From Octopus vulgaris (taxonomy: Eukaryota), in the NCBI GenBank assembly GCA_951406725.2, contig OX597832.1:44144001-44208000 (forward strand): a stretch of DNA of 64,000 bases, written 5' to 3'. The position numbers and the translations under genes are program-made. This document shows positions 25,191 to 37,090 of this stretch, one piece after another (positions within the stretch are counted from its first letter, which is position 1; every line of letters starts with the position of its first letter). Below the pieces are notes generated by a model. It saw only the letters and a list, made by a program, of their open reading frames with translations. It was not told the origin of the DNA and made no database searches.

Positions 25191-27641
25191 TATAATTACC
25201 CCATGGATTTATATGAATAACACCATACAAAATTCTGGTACATCTAACTTAAGTACCATATTCATTTGAATCTAAATTTTGCTGAACTTATATATATATA
25301 TATAATGGTTCTGCTACATGTTATTTCGCCATTCTTATTTGTTTTTTTTGTTTTTTTTGGGGGGGGGTTTACTTTTAATTTCCACTGCTTATTCATTTAA
25401 CAGTTCTTCACTTCATAGAGAGCTTAACTCTGCTTCATGGTGTTAACAATCACCGTTACCAATATTCATTTCCATTCGTTAATATACTTGACTGAATTTG
25501 AACTCAATATATTACTGATATTTTACTGGTCTGCACATATTCAAGAAGCTCAAACCAGAACAGACTCGAGCGATAATATTCTAAAATGGTGAAGTATTTT
25601 GTCCAATACTCTCCAGCGTTCATCTCTCCGTTCCCTTTCGTTATATTTATAGAGTATGAAGAAGAGAAATATCAAATCTAAGAAAATGAATTTATGGAGT
25701 ATGATGTATTGAGGAAGATACATGGAAGATTGACTCAGTATACAATAGGAAATTATTTTATCAACTCTAATATGAATTATGTTTTAAACACCAAAATAGG
25801 CAATAAAACTTAGTTTAATATTTAAATTAGTCTAATGCTTTTTAGTCTTTTTAATCATTTCCATTTTTCTGAAGAGAAATACCAAATCTAAGAAAATTAA
25901 TCGATGGAGTATGATGTATTATTAATTTGAAGATTATTTCCATTTTCTAAAATGTAGATGAATAACATTAAAGCCTTGATTTTTTAAAAATTTGTTTTCA
26001 GTTTTTCAAATTGAAGCTGGAAACAAAAAGATAGCTGCCGTATTTTTTTTTCCTGGGATTGGGAAAAAAAAAAAAAAAAAAGAATTTGTTAGATGAGAGA
26101 ATTCAAGTTATAAAAGATAAAAGGAATTCTAAGTAGACATTTTAAACCAAAAGCAATTCTTGCATGAATAATAGTAGTTCGTTATGCTTGATGCCAGAGA
26201 ATTATAATATCAGAGCCTTGTATATCTACCTTAGCATTTACAACCAGAAATTACTGGTGTTTGAGAGACGGAGAGAGAGACTTCTGTTGAAAAGCTGAAC
26301 AAGTGGATTACATGCCAAAAGGGGGAACGGAGAAAGAGGAATGCAAAGTAGGGCTGATGGTGGTGGTAGTTGTAACAGTAGCAAGAGGATGAGGAGGAGG
26401 AGGTATATTTTAGCCGCTGGAACACAAGATGTAAGGGCAGAAACTGACCCTAAAACTCTACTGATGGTGTATTCTGATATTACAAGGGGGCTGTGTGGTT
26501 TCACTAGAACATTAACCACAATCCAGCATTATTGTCCAAAGATTAACCCAGATCCATTGAAAATAACTGCAGGGCATGGAATTTTTTTTTTTTTTTTTAC
26601 AAGCCCCTATATTTGAAAATTCCAGGTACTTACTGAAATAATAAAAGACAACAGCTAAGAGAAATATTTTGTTTTGTTCTTTTTTATAATTTAACAAACG
26701 TTTCCTGCTAATAAATTACAGTATATACTACTGCTGTATGTATGTTGTTGAAGTTTCCAGACTGAAACTGCAAACTTTTTATTAACATTTTTTAACTAAA
26801 GTATGTAACGATCACCATACAGTGAAACTGTTTAGTTTACTAAACAGTAATTAAATGTTTCATGAGTAAAGAACTCCTTGCGAGAGTAGCATGAGGGGTT
26901 TGGTAAAGAACAATACTTATAGAAATGGTGTGGATGATATATTGGAGAAGATGAAGTAGAGTCCTTGATGATGATGATCTGAGAGTTTTTACAGCAATGG
27001 TGTGTTTATGATGGATAATGGAGTCCTTTGTATGGAATGGTGTGTATATGGTAGGTAACAAGGAGGTCTTTGTAGCAATGGTGTATATGATGGAGACATT
27101 CCCTGTCATGAAGTGTAGTCCTTGTGGCAATGGTGTGTGATGAAGAACAGTCCTTGAAGCAATGAGTGAGCAATCCTTGAGGTGTTGTGTATAACAATAG
27201 AGCAGTTCTTTATAGCAACAAAGAGTTTTGATGAGTAAAAAGTTCAGATTATTAACAGCATTTTTTTTTTTTGAGGAGTTATTAAACAATGATAAAGGGG
27301 GAGGGGTCTTTAACGAGTAATTAACAGTTTATCCATTCATTAATATTGCTGCCAGATCCACATTTAAAAAATATTTAATTACAAAAAAAAAAAAAAAAAA
27401 AATACAGAACTACGAAAAATAACCTCTTAAATCAAAAAAAATTTAAATAAAATTGTTTGCATTCTGTTTTTACTTGTTTTAGTTTTTTTTTTTTTTTTAA
27501 ACTTTTAATTTACAATTAACACAATTAGTTTAATGTTTAATGACTTGGATGAATGCGAGTTACGAGTTGATGAAAGTGGTTGTAACCTGCTGTTTTTATA
27601 ATTGAACTTCCGTAAATCTTCCGTCTCTCCTGCCCTTTAAA

Positions 27642-27693
<52 letters not shown>

Positions 27694-27925
27694 TATATAT
27701 AATCAAGGAGAGACGTCAAATTGTTACAATATTATGACTTCTTAAGACTCACAGAATGCAGTGGCATGAATTTTGTATTCGGTCAGTTAATATTCTACTT
27801 TTTGGTAGGTGCTTGCGTACGTTATACATATATGCAAGCTGTTCTCTGTTATTCCTTGTTCACACACTAAATGTAAAACTTGGAAAAAAAAAGTCACTCA
27901 ACAGTGGGGCCAATGCATAGAAAAT

Positions 27926-28404
27926 TTAATCCGGTTGGATGATTTGTGTATCATCAGGGATGTTATATGACGTACTGAAGTTCTCGTAGTTTTCTGGAGC
28001 CAGGCTGAAAACGCTATCAATCATAAGAGTGGAGGAATTAGTGTCGACTTCTGATATTTTCTCTTCTGCGTCCCATTCTGGTGAGAGTATAATGACATCA
28101 TCGTCATTACTAATAGGTTCATTGCAGTTTGGTGTAGGTTGGCGACACTGTGCCATCAGGATTTGGTTCTGAGGAACTGTTGTCGTCTCGGAGACCACAT
28201 CGACGTCGCAGTCTTCGTCAGAGATTATCTGACATTCGAAAGTTGAGGGATGATTTGATGGAACGAACTTGAGAGGAGATCCCATGTCTTCATACGTCTG
28301 CGCCGTGGATATCACTGGAGGTTTGTACATGTCAAATGGTAAGCCAGCGTCATCAAGAATTTTATTGATCTCCGATTCGACGTAACCGATTTCATATAAT
28401 TCTT
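27926..28404 (-). CDS. MGA: MGA-like bHLH-zipper protein, terminal coding exon
   Basis: cag acceptor at 28407-28405, phase 1; EELYEIGYVESEINKILDDAGLPFDMYKPP...DCDVDVVSE...DDDVIIL...IDSVFSL...QPD*. Confidence 0.85.
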
Positions 28405-30030
28405 CTGTTTAAAAAAAGAACAACATACTTCAATAAAGTTTGAAAAAATAAAAAAAATTGATAAGGAGGGAATATTTAAAATCAACATTTATCTTTAATA
28501 TCTTTATCCTTCAAATCTAAGAAACTCTGAAAACTCTTCAGAGAGTCATTGCTGGAAACCAAATAGGTGAAGGTGCATGGCCTAGCTGGCTAGGACGTCG
28601 CAGTCATGATTACAAGATCATGGCTTCAATTCCTGGACAGGGCAGTGCATTACATTCTTGAGCAAAACACTTCACTTCACTTCAAATTGTTCCAGTCCAC
28701 TCTGTTCTAAACAAATAATCCTGCAATTGACCGGTGTCCTGTTCAGGTGTGGAACGTTGTGATCTGGGTCACTTGTATGCCGTGGAAACTGAGTAATGTC
28801 CAAGGGATGCTGATGATGAATTCAAGTAATTGATTTTTTTTCATAGCCACAAAGATCAGTGGAGAGGAAGATACATGGAAGATTGACTCAGTATACAATA
28901 GGAAATTATTTTATCAACTCTAATATGAATTGATGTTTTAAACACCAAAATAGGCAATAAAACTTAGTTTAATATTTTAACCAGTCTAATTCTTTTCAGT
29001 CTTTTTAATTATTTCCATTTTTCTGAATACACTTACCAAACTTGAAACCAGAAAAATCAAACAAAAAGCATCAAAGAATTATAAAACATATTTTTTTTCC
29101 TCTCAAAAAGGTGTAGTGTAAATCCTCAAGTATAATCCGCATTTTTTCCCAAAATTTAAAGGACAAAATCCCTAGTGCATACTATATACGAGGTTAAAAA
29201 CGAAAAATATTTTCTATGCAATGTCTGAGTCTCTATTTGCTGTCCAGCAATGTTTATTCAGACGCATTTTGTGATGTTGGGCACGAAAATACCTTTAAGC
29301 TGAGCCTGAAAGCAATGAAGTCATAAAAGAATCATCCATAACTTACAGTAAGCAACATTTATTAAACGTTATTACTTGTTATTTCTTTATTTTCTGCAAA
29401 CAAAATTGCACAAAAAAGCTACACGTTTGCATTATGTTATATATACAATTATAATAAAGAACGTTACTGTATACATTTTTACAAACCAAGGCCGTTATAT
29501 TGACCTCTGACTCAAGTTAGAGAAGGGATGCGTATTATACACAAGGTTTAGGTTTTTTCAGAGGTACAGCCTCCTAGAAATCCCCTGTGTATTATACTCA
29601 TGGGTGGACTATACTCGAGGATTTATGGTAGTCATGGTGGGAAGAACAGTACAAACAGCTTATTTTCAGAGTCTCAAAGACTGGTGAAAAGGAGAATCCA
29701 CTAAAGGCACTCAAGGGGGTGTGTGGTGCTGTTAAACCGCATTGCAGATTAAGTCCCTCTAGCAAAGAACAGGAATAGGCTTACACACTGTTTGCATCTG
29801 TCGGATTTCACTGAGAAAATTTCATAAGAAATCCCCATCAACAATATAATTTGCTCCTGCCTCATCAATTAGCAATGTATACAAATTTCAAAAACACTTC
29901 GTAACTAGGCAAAGAGGGCATACATACACACACACACACATAGATATATGACTGACAAAGTTTATAGATATGCTTCAACACTTGATTAAAAAGATTTTAA
30001 TGAATTCAAAAGTGAGGGGAAAATAATTAC

Positions 30031-30142
30031 CTTTAACTTTTGATAACTTCTCCCAGAGAAAGTTATTTTTTGTATACAAACAACTTATCAGTGATACTAA
30101 ACTATCTTCACCAATCTTTAAGGTATGGACGAGTTCTATTGC
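30031..30142 (-). CDS. MGA: MGA-like exon (helix 2 and zipper)
   Basis: phase 0-1; AIELVHTLKIGEDSLVSLISCLYTKNNFLWEKLSKVK. Confidence 0.88.
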
Positions 30143-31568
30143 CTGTCAAAATAAAAAAGCTAAATCAGTTTCCATTTATTGAACATGCGTTATTATTCAT
30201 TTATTCCTATTTTTGTTAATAATATCAATCCTTCACAGAAATCTTTAAAATCTAGGCATTTGGGTGACTCACTGTACCATATGTAATGTGAGAAAATTAT
30301 GTTAAAATTTAACTCTCTATTCATAACTCATTATTACTGTCTATTCATGTTTTATAAAACCAAAATAAACTCAGATACTGAGAAAAAAAAATCATGCCAG
30401 TCACAAACATGTCTTTGTCCATGTATGGTTACACATGGCTGGCTACATTGACATGGAAATGTAAAGCAAATGGGATGATAAATGCTGACTAAAAGTAACC
30501 AGACTTGTTGGTAACAAAGTGAAATCTGAGAACATTGAGATCTCTCTGATAAGAGGACATTGCACAAGGATTATACGGGGAGATATACAGTAACAAGAAA
30601 GAAAAATTGTTGAAATAACCCCAATAACGAAGGAGATAAACACAGGTCATTTTGACTGATTTAGTTTAACAAGACCAAATAAGGTCAACACTATTTGCAT
30701 GAATTCATAAGGTGAAACTTGTAGGCACAGTTGATCAAACAATTAAGATCAATTCACAGTCACAAGGTCACAGGTTCAATCCGACTTCATAGCATGATGA
30801 GCAATTGTCATTTTCTTTGAACTTGGGTTGACCCATACCTAATTAAGTGAAATTGCATAGGTGATAACTGTGTAGAAGCTCATTGGATGGACTGTACTTG
30901 GAATTCAAAGGTACAGCCTAGTTAGGGCATACTTAATTATTCCCCCAAGAATTACATTAAAAGGTATATATATCCATAGAATACTCAACTACTTACATGC
31001 TTATTCAATTTGCCTTGTATAACTTTTTGAATATCTTAGCACTTATAGTCAGAAACTATAACCAAGATCCATTTCTATATATATATATTTTTTTTCTTCC
31101 ATACATCCAGTCCACACAGTAATGTGGTTGGCATTTGGAAGGGCATCCAGCTGTAAAAACCTTGCCAAAACTGGCCTCACCTGTGCTTGTGCCACATAAA
31201 AAACACTCAGTCCACTTTGCTGGGTGGTTGATGTTAGGAAGGGCATCTAGCTGTAAAAACCCTGCTAAAACAGACAGTCTGATGCAGGTTCCTGACAAAC
31301 CGTCCAACCCATGCCAGCATGGAAGGTGGATGTTAAACAATGATGATGATGACTGGGTACTCTTAAATAGTTGCTGTCTGTTTGTACAAAGTCTAATTAT
31401 TTCGGTGAGAAAGGGTGATGCAGTTTAACCTTCAGCACAGTGCACTTTCTCTAGAATTGTTTTTCCTGCTACTGCTCTGTTACCTACAGGGGAGAAAACT
31501 CATATGGTGACATGATGCACCTACAGTGTGCTAAAGATTAGGCAAACCCAAGTTGCAAACATACTTAC

Positions 31569-31686
31569 TGTATCCAAAATAACTTGCTTTGGAAGAATCT
31601 TATTCCTATTCTCTGGATCATTTTCGTACACTACCAACTGTAACATGGTCATTTTGCTCAGTATTTGAAGACGACGTTCCCGTTCC
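31569..31686 (-). CDS. MGA: MGA-like exon (bHLH basic region, helix 1, loop)
   Basis: phase 2-0; ERERRLQILSKMTMLQLVVYENDPENRNKILPKQVILDT. Confidence 0.9.
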
Positions 31687-34139
31687 CTGATGGAAAAGAC
31701 AAAAATATTTCTTTAATCCTTTACCATTCAGTTTTTTCTCTGTCAAATATAATTCTTCTTTATTCACATTATTCTAAATTAATCATACATTATCTTGTAA
31801 CTTCAAAGTTTCAATGATACAATTGTTTATTTTTAGACTGACATTGTGTGCCAAGAGCACCATCCGAGCATGATCGTTGCCAGAGCGGCTAACTGGCTTC
31901 CATGCCGGTGGCACAGAAAAGGCACCATTTGAGCGTGATCGTTACCAGTGTCGCCTTACTGGCACCTGTGCTGGTGGCATGTGTAAAGAGATTCGAGTGA
32001 GGTCGTTGCCAGTACCTATTTCTCTATTACCCACAAGGGGCTAAACACAGAGGGGACAAACAAGGACAGACATAGGTATCAAGTCGATTACATCGACCCC
32101 AGTACGTAACTGGTACTTAATTTATCGACCCCGAAAGGATGAAAGGCAAAGTCGACCTCAGCGGAATTTGAACTCACAACGTAACAGCAGACGAAATACC
32201 TATTTCTTTACTACCCACAAGGGGCTAAACATAGAAGGGACAAACAAGGACAGACATAGGTATTAAGTCGATTACATCGACCCCAGTACGTGACTGGTAC
32301 TTAATTTATCGACCCCGAAAGGATGAAAGGCAAAGTCGACTTTGGCGGAATTTGAACTCACAACGTAACGGCAGCTGAACTACCGCTAAGCATTTCGCCC
32401 AACGTGCTAACGTTTCTACCAGCGTCTCTTACTGGCACCTGTGCTGGTAGCATGTGTAAAAAGATTCAAGCGAGGTCATTGCCAGTACCGCCTGACTGGC
32501 CCCCATGCCGGTGGCACGTAAAAAGCACCCACTACACTCTCAGAGTGGTTGGCGTTAGGAAGGGCACCCAGTTGTAGAAACTGACAGATCAAGATTGGAG
32601 CCTGGTGCGGCCATCTGGTTCGCCAGACCTCAGTCAAAACCATCCAACCCATGCTAGCATGGAAAGCGGATGTTAAACGATGATGATGATGATGATGAAG
32701 ATGATTGTAGGGAAGGTGTGTTTAAGGCCAGATCGGACTGATTTGAACATAAACAAGTATAGGCGCAGGAGTGGGTGTGTGGTAAGTAGCTTGTTTACCA
32801 ACCACATGGTTCTGGGTTCAGTCCCACTGTGTGGCACCTCGGGGCAAGTGTCTTCTACTATAGCCTCGGGCCGACCAAAGCCTTGTGAGTGGATTTGGTA
32901 GACGGAAACTGAAAGAAGCCCGTCGTATATATATATATATATATGCGTGTGTGTGTTTGTCCCCCTAGCATTGCTTGACAACCGATGCTGGTGTGTTTAT
33001 GTCCCCGTTACTTAGCGGTTCGGCAAAAAAAGACCAATAGAATAAGTACTGGGCTAACAAAAAAAGAATAAGTCCCAGGGTCGAGTTGCTCGACTAAAGG
33101 CGGTGCTCCAGCATGGCCGCAGTCAAATGACTAAAACAAGTAAAAGAGTAAAAGAGAGAGTAAAGAGCAAGTAGAATATTTAGGCTAGATATGGTTGGTT
33201 TAACCGTTTAGCATTCTATCAAACGTAATGCTTATTGATTCACATTGCTTTGAATTAACCATGCTTTATCTTGTAGCTTCGAGATTTTAATGACGTGATG
33301 GTTCATTTTTAGAATGCTATTATGTAGGGTTGGTGTGAGAGGCTGAATCTGGCCAGTTTGAACATCTCAATTCCCTTTTATTTTTATAACGTCTTGATCC
33401 AGCATAGGAGAACGGGATTGGGGAAATAACTGTATAATAGATTAGGACCATAGAAAGGACACGACAGCTATACAATTGTGAACAACCATGTATAAACATG
33501 CATAGATGTGCATATACACACATGCACATCCATACATTCTTTTATTCTTTTACTTGTTTCAGTCATTTGACTGTGACCATGCTGGAGCACTTGCCTATTA
33601 AGGACCTTTTAGTCAAAGAAACTGATCCCAGGACTTATTCTTTTTATGTCCCTGCTAAGTTACAGGGACATAAACACACCAACATTGGTTGCCAAGTGAT
33701 GGCAGGAAGTGGAGTTTACAAACACAAAGACACATACGCATAAATATATATATATATATATGACAGGCTTCTTTCAGTTTCCAGCTACCAAATCCACTCA
33801 CGAAGCTTTGGTCATCCCGAGGCTATAATAGAAGACACTTGCCCAAGATGTCACACAGAAGGACTGAACCTAGAACCATGTGGTTGGAAAGCAAGCTTCT
33901 TGCCACACAGCCATGCCTACACCTACATACACAAATACATATACCAGTAATTACATAGATGTATTTTCCTATATTTATAAGTACATCAATGTTTTTACGA
34001 TATGTCTATGAACCAAGTCTACTGCGAGTTAATGTTGTAAAAATCTGACAACCTTTATGTATTACTGGTTATTAAGTTGTAATAATTTGGTTTAAACAAA
34101 ATAAAAAACAGTGCTTCATAAAAGAGAAATATCACCAAC

Positions 34140-34207
34140 CTAGACATATGACGTGAACGCTGGATATCATTCCTGAACCTTTTGCTGTTTCTCTTGTCTT
34201 TTGCAGA
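34140..34207 (-). CDS. MGA: MGA-like exon (start of bHLH basic region)
   Basis: phase 0-2; SAKDKRNSKRFRNDIQRSRHMS(R); splices to give HMSRERERR. Confidence 0.85.
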
Positions 34208-34478
34208 CTGAAAAATTAAAGAGAACAGTTAGATAATTATTAATGGTAATCTTTATCGTTAATTATTAAATAACAAATAATCATAATTATCATTTTAACA
34301 ATCATTTTTCCATGTTTGCATGGGTTAGATGGAGCTGTTAAGACATATGGGTGGTTGTGCAAAGTCTGAGATGAACCACAAATGGTACATGTGGCAGTCA
34401 ATATAAGCTAAAGCAAAAGAAACATATTAATGAAATTTGAGAAATGTTACATGGAAGATTATTATTCGAGAGACTTAC

Positions 34479-34616
34479 ACTAGAGTTGCAAGCATTGTGG
34501 TATCCTTCATCATCGACAATTATGTCTTCAAAACAATCAACATCCAAATAGACGTCATTTGGCACCAATGTAGCTGAACCGTTTCCTAAATCAGTCATGC
34601 AGCTTAGATTGTCCAT
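34479..34616 (-). CDS. MGA: MGA-like exon (acidic segment before the bHLH)
   Basis: cag|ATG...|gtaagt, phase 0-0; MDNLSCMTDLGNGSATLVPNDVYLDVDCFEDIIVDDEGYHNACNSS. Confidence 0.82.
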
Positions 34617-36412
34617 CTGAAGATTATTATAAGAGAAAAAAAAAACATTGAAGTTTTGCAAGTCACAAATAAGAAAGGTACAAAGAGATACAAATTCATG
34701 GATGAAAAATAAGTATTTTCTGTCAAATCAAGATTTCTATGAACTGCTGAATGGCTTCTCCACTGCAAAGCATACATTTAATAAATGGAGAGGCAGCTAC
34801 TTTCTTTTTAACTATTTTACTTAGAATAATTAAACTAACAGGTGCAGGAGTGGCTGTGTGGTAAGTAGCTTGCTTACGAAATCCACTCACAAGGCTTTGG
34901 TCGGCCCGAGGCTATAGTAGAAGACACTTGCCCAACGTGCCACTGAGTGGGACTGAACCCAGAACCATGTGGTTGGTAAACAAGCTACTTACCACACAGC
35001 CACTGCTGCCCTACCCTTGTTAAAACATTACATGATGGTTGTAAATGGGCTTCATCCACCATGCAAGTGAGGTTTGTTTGTTTCCAGTCTTCTGTGGGAA
35101 ACATACCTGGCCAAGGGGAAATATTACCTTCCTTGGAAACAGGTGAGTGTGTGTGACGGGAAGAGCATCTGGCTGTAGAGAATCTACCTCAACAAATTTC
35201 TTTCTAACACATTCAAGCATTTGAAACTGAAACACCACATCATTACAGAACAAACATTTTAATCACACAGCCATGCCTACTTTGGCATTCATTTAACCCT
35301 TTTGTTACTATATTGTTAACCAAAATACAACCATTATGTGTTTCAATTAAATTCTAAAACAATTGTGAATTTAGACTGGTTTCATAAAACAACTATAACG
35401 TTTTTATGTATCATCATATGTATCATCCAACCTTTAGTGCTTAAACTGGCCATATCCAGCCCAATGTTTTATATTCAAACTGTCAATGTCTAGCCTCTCA
35501 CACCCAACCTACAATGTCATGCTAAAAATAAACAATCACATCACTGAAACCTCAAAGCTACAAGATAATGCATGATTAATTCAAAACAATTTGAGTGAAA
35601 AAGTATTATATCTAACAGAGTAATCTGAACACTAAAGGGTTAATGTGATTTTTGGAAAACAATTTAACAAACGGTTCTTAACCAAATCTATTGCATTAAT
35701 TGTACAACAAAATTTTAATATAAAAGAATTGTGCAAAATATTGGATTATCATGTGAACTTCATGCACAATAGACATGTACACCATAAATACTAGAATTCA
35801 ACTTTGAAGAAACTAGAAAACGAAATACACACATTTAACACACATGCGTACATAAATTTACAGAAGCACAATAATGATGCACAATACAAATTAATGAAAA
35901 TTTGTCACACACCTTAGAGGTATAAAAAAAGCAAACCAACGGTAATTTTCCCCTTCTTTGTTAATGTCCTGTATACCAATTCTTTTCTGCAGTAATCGAT
36001 TCAAAGGGAAAAGTCACTAAGAAAGCAGCTTTTAAATTCTTACTACAAGCAGGTACAAATTCGTTCTTTTTTTACTGCTATCAGAACTGTTGTCAGAATT
36101 GTTTCACTTTCGGAAATAGAAATATCCAATTCATAATCACATGCAGGATTTTTAAGTCTGCTGAATATTTTGCTAGATTTTTCTATGTCTTCTTTCAAAA
36201 TTCCTTTGAATTCAATCTCGCCACTTGACAACATGAAACTGGTAACCAGTTTTCATTCATAGTGAAACATTTCAGAAAACCCAAGTGGAAAAAAATCATA
36301 AAAGAAATCTCCAAAAATCTGCACCACTCACATGCAACATAAAATAATATTGGACAGTGTAACTCAATTGTTTACATAGTGAAATCATGTTTTTATGATT
36401 GAGCTAATAAGA

Positions 36413-37090
36413 CTTGACTTGACTTGACAGCATTCACCTGGGGTGGGTTGAGCTGGCTTCATTCATCCTCAATGCTGCATCTCTCACAAACGCCGACCAG
36501 GCCTGGCAATTTGAGACTAACGACTGCGTGATCTCCAACCACTCCTTATTCCAGCAGCGAACGCCGTAGATATGGGGGCCTAGTGTCAGGTCACTTCGAG
36601 TGCTACTGGTAACATGTAACCCAGTACAACCTGTTGCATGGTCGGGCCGCCGGCGACTAAACCGGCAACCCCACCAAGCTTGGTGAGGAGGGTGTTTATT
36701 GGACACCCTGCGGGATGAAAAACAAAACCCGTCAAAGGGCGGAGGAACTCTTGAGAGTCAACAGCCATCCAATAAATGTGTAATTATATATTACCTCATC
36801 GTGGTAAGGGGGCAAAATGGGAGTGTCAGAGCTATGCCGTCGGAGACTTTGGTTTCTGGTAGGGCTACGCAAGGCGGATTGTTCTGACATCCAGCAGTAT
36901 CAGGGCCGCACCCGGCTAACAGGGCTCTGGTGAACAGAAGTGTCTGATCCAGCAACCGGCGGCTTCAACCTGTCCTGTGTCTGTGGAAAATCTACGGCAA
37001 ACAAGACGTTCTCCCAACAGGGATATACTTGCGGCTGGGGACCGCTAGGGAACTTCCTGTTCCTAAGATCCTTCAAACATTCCTCATGTA
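36413..37090 (-). mobile_element. RTE-related retroposon insertion with 13-bp TSD
   Basis: TGAGCTAATAAGA at 36400-36412 and 37091-37103; (TCAAG)n tail; RTE-like ORF end LGPHIYGVRCWNKEW... Confidence 0.75.
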
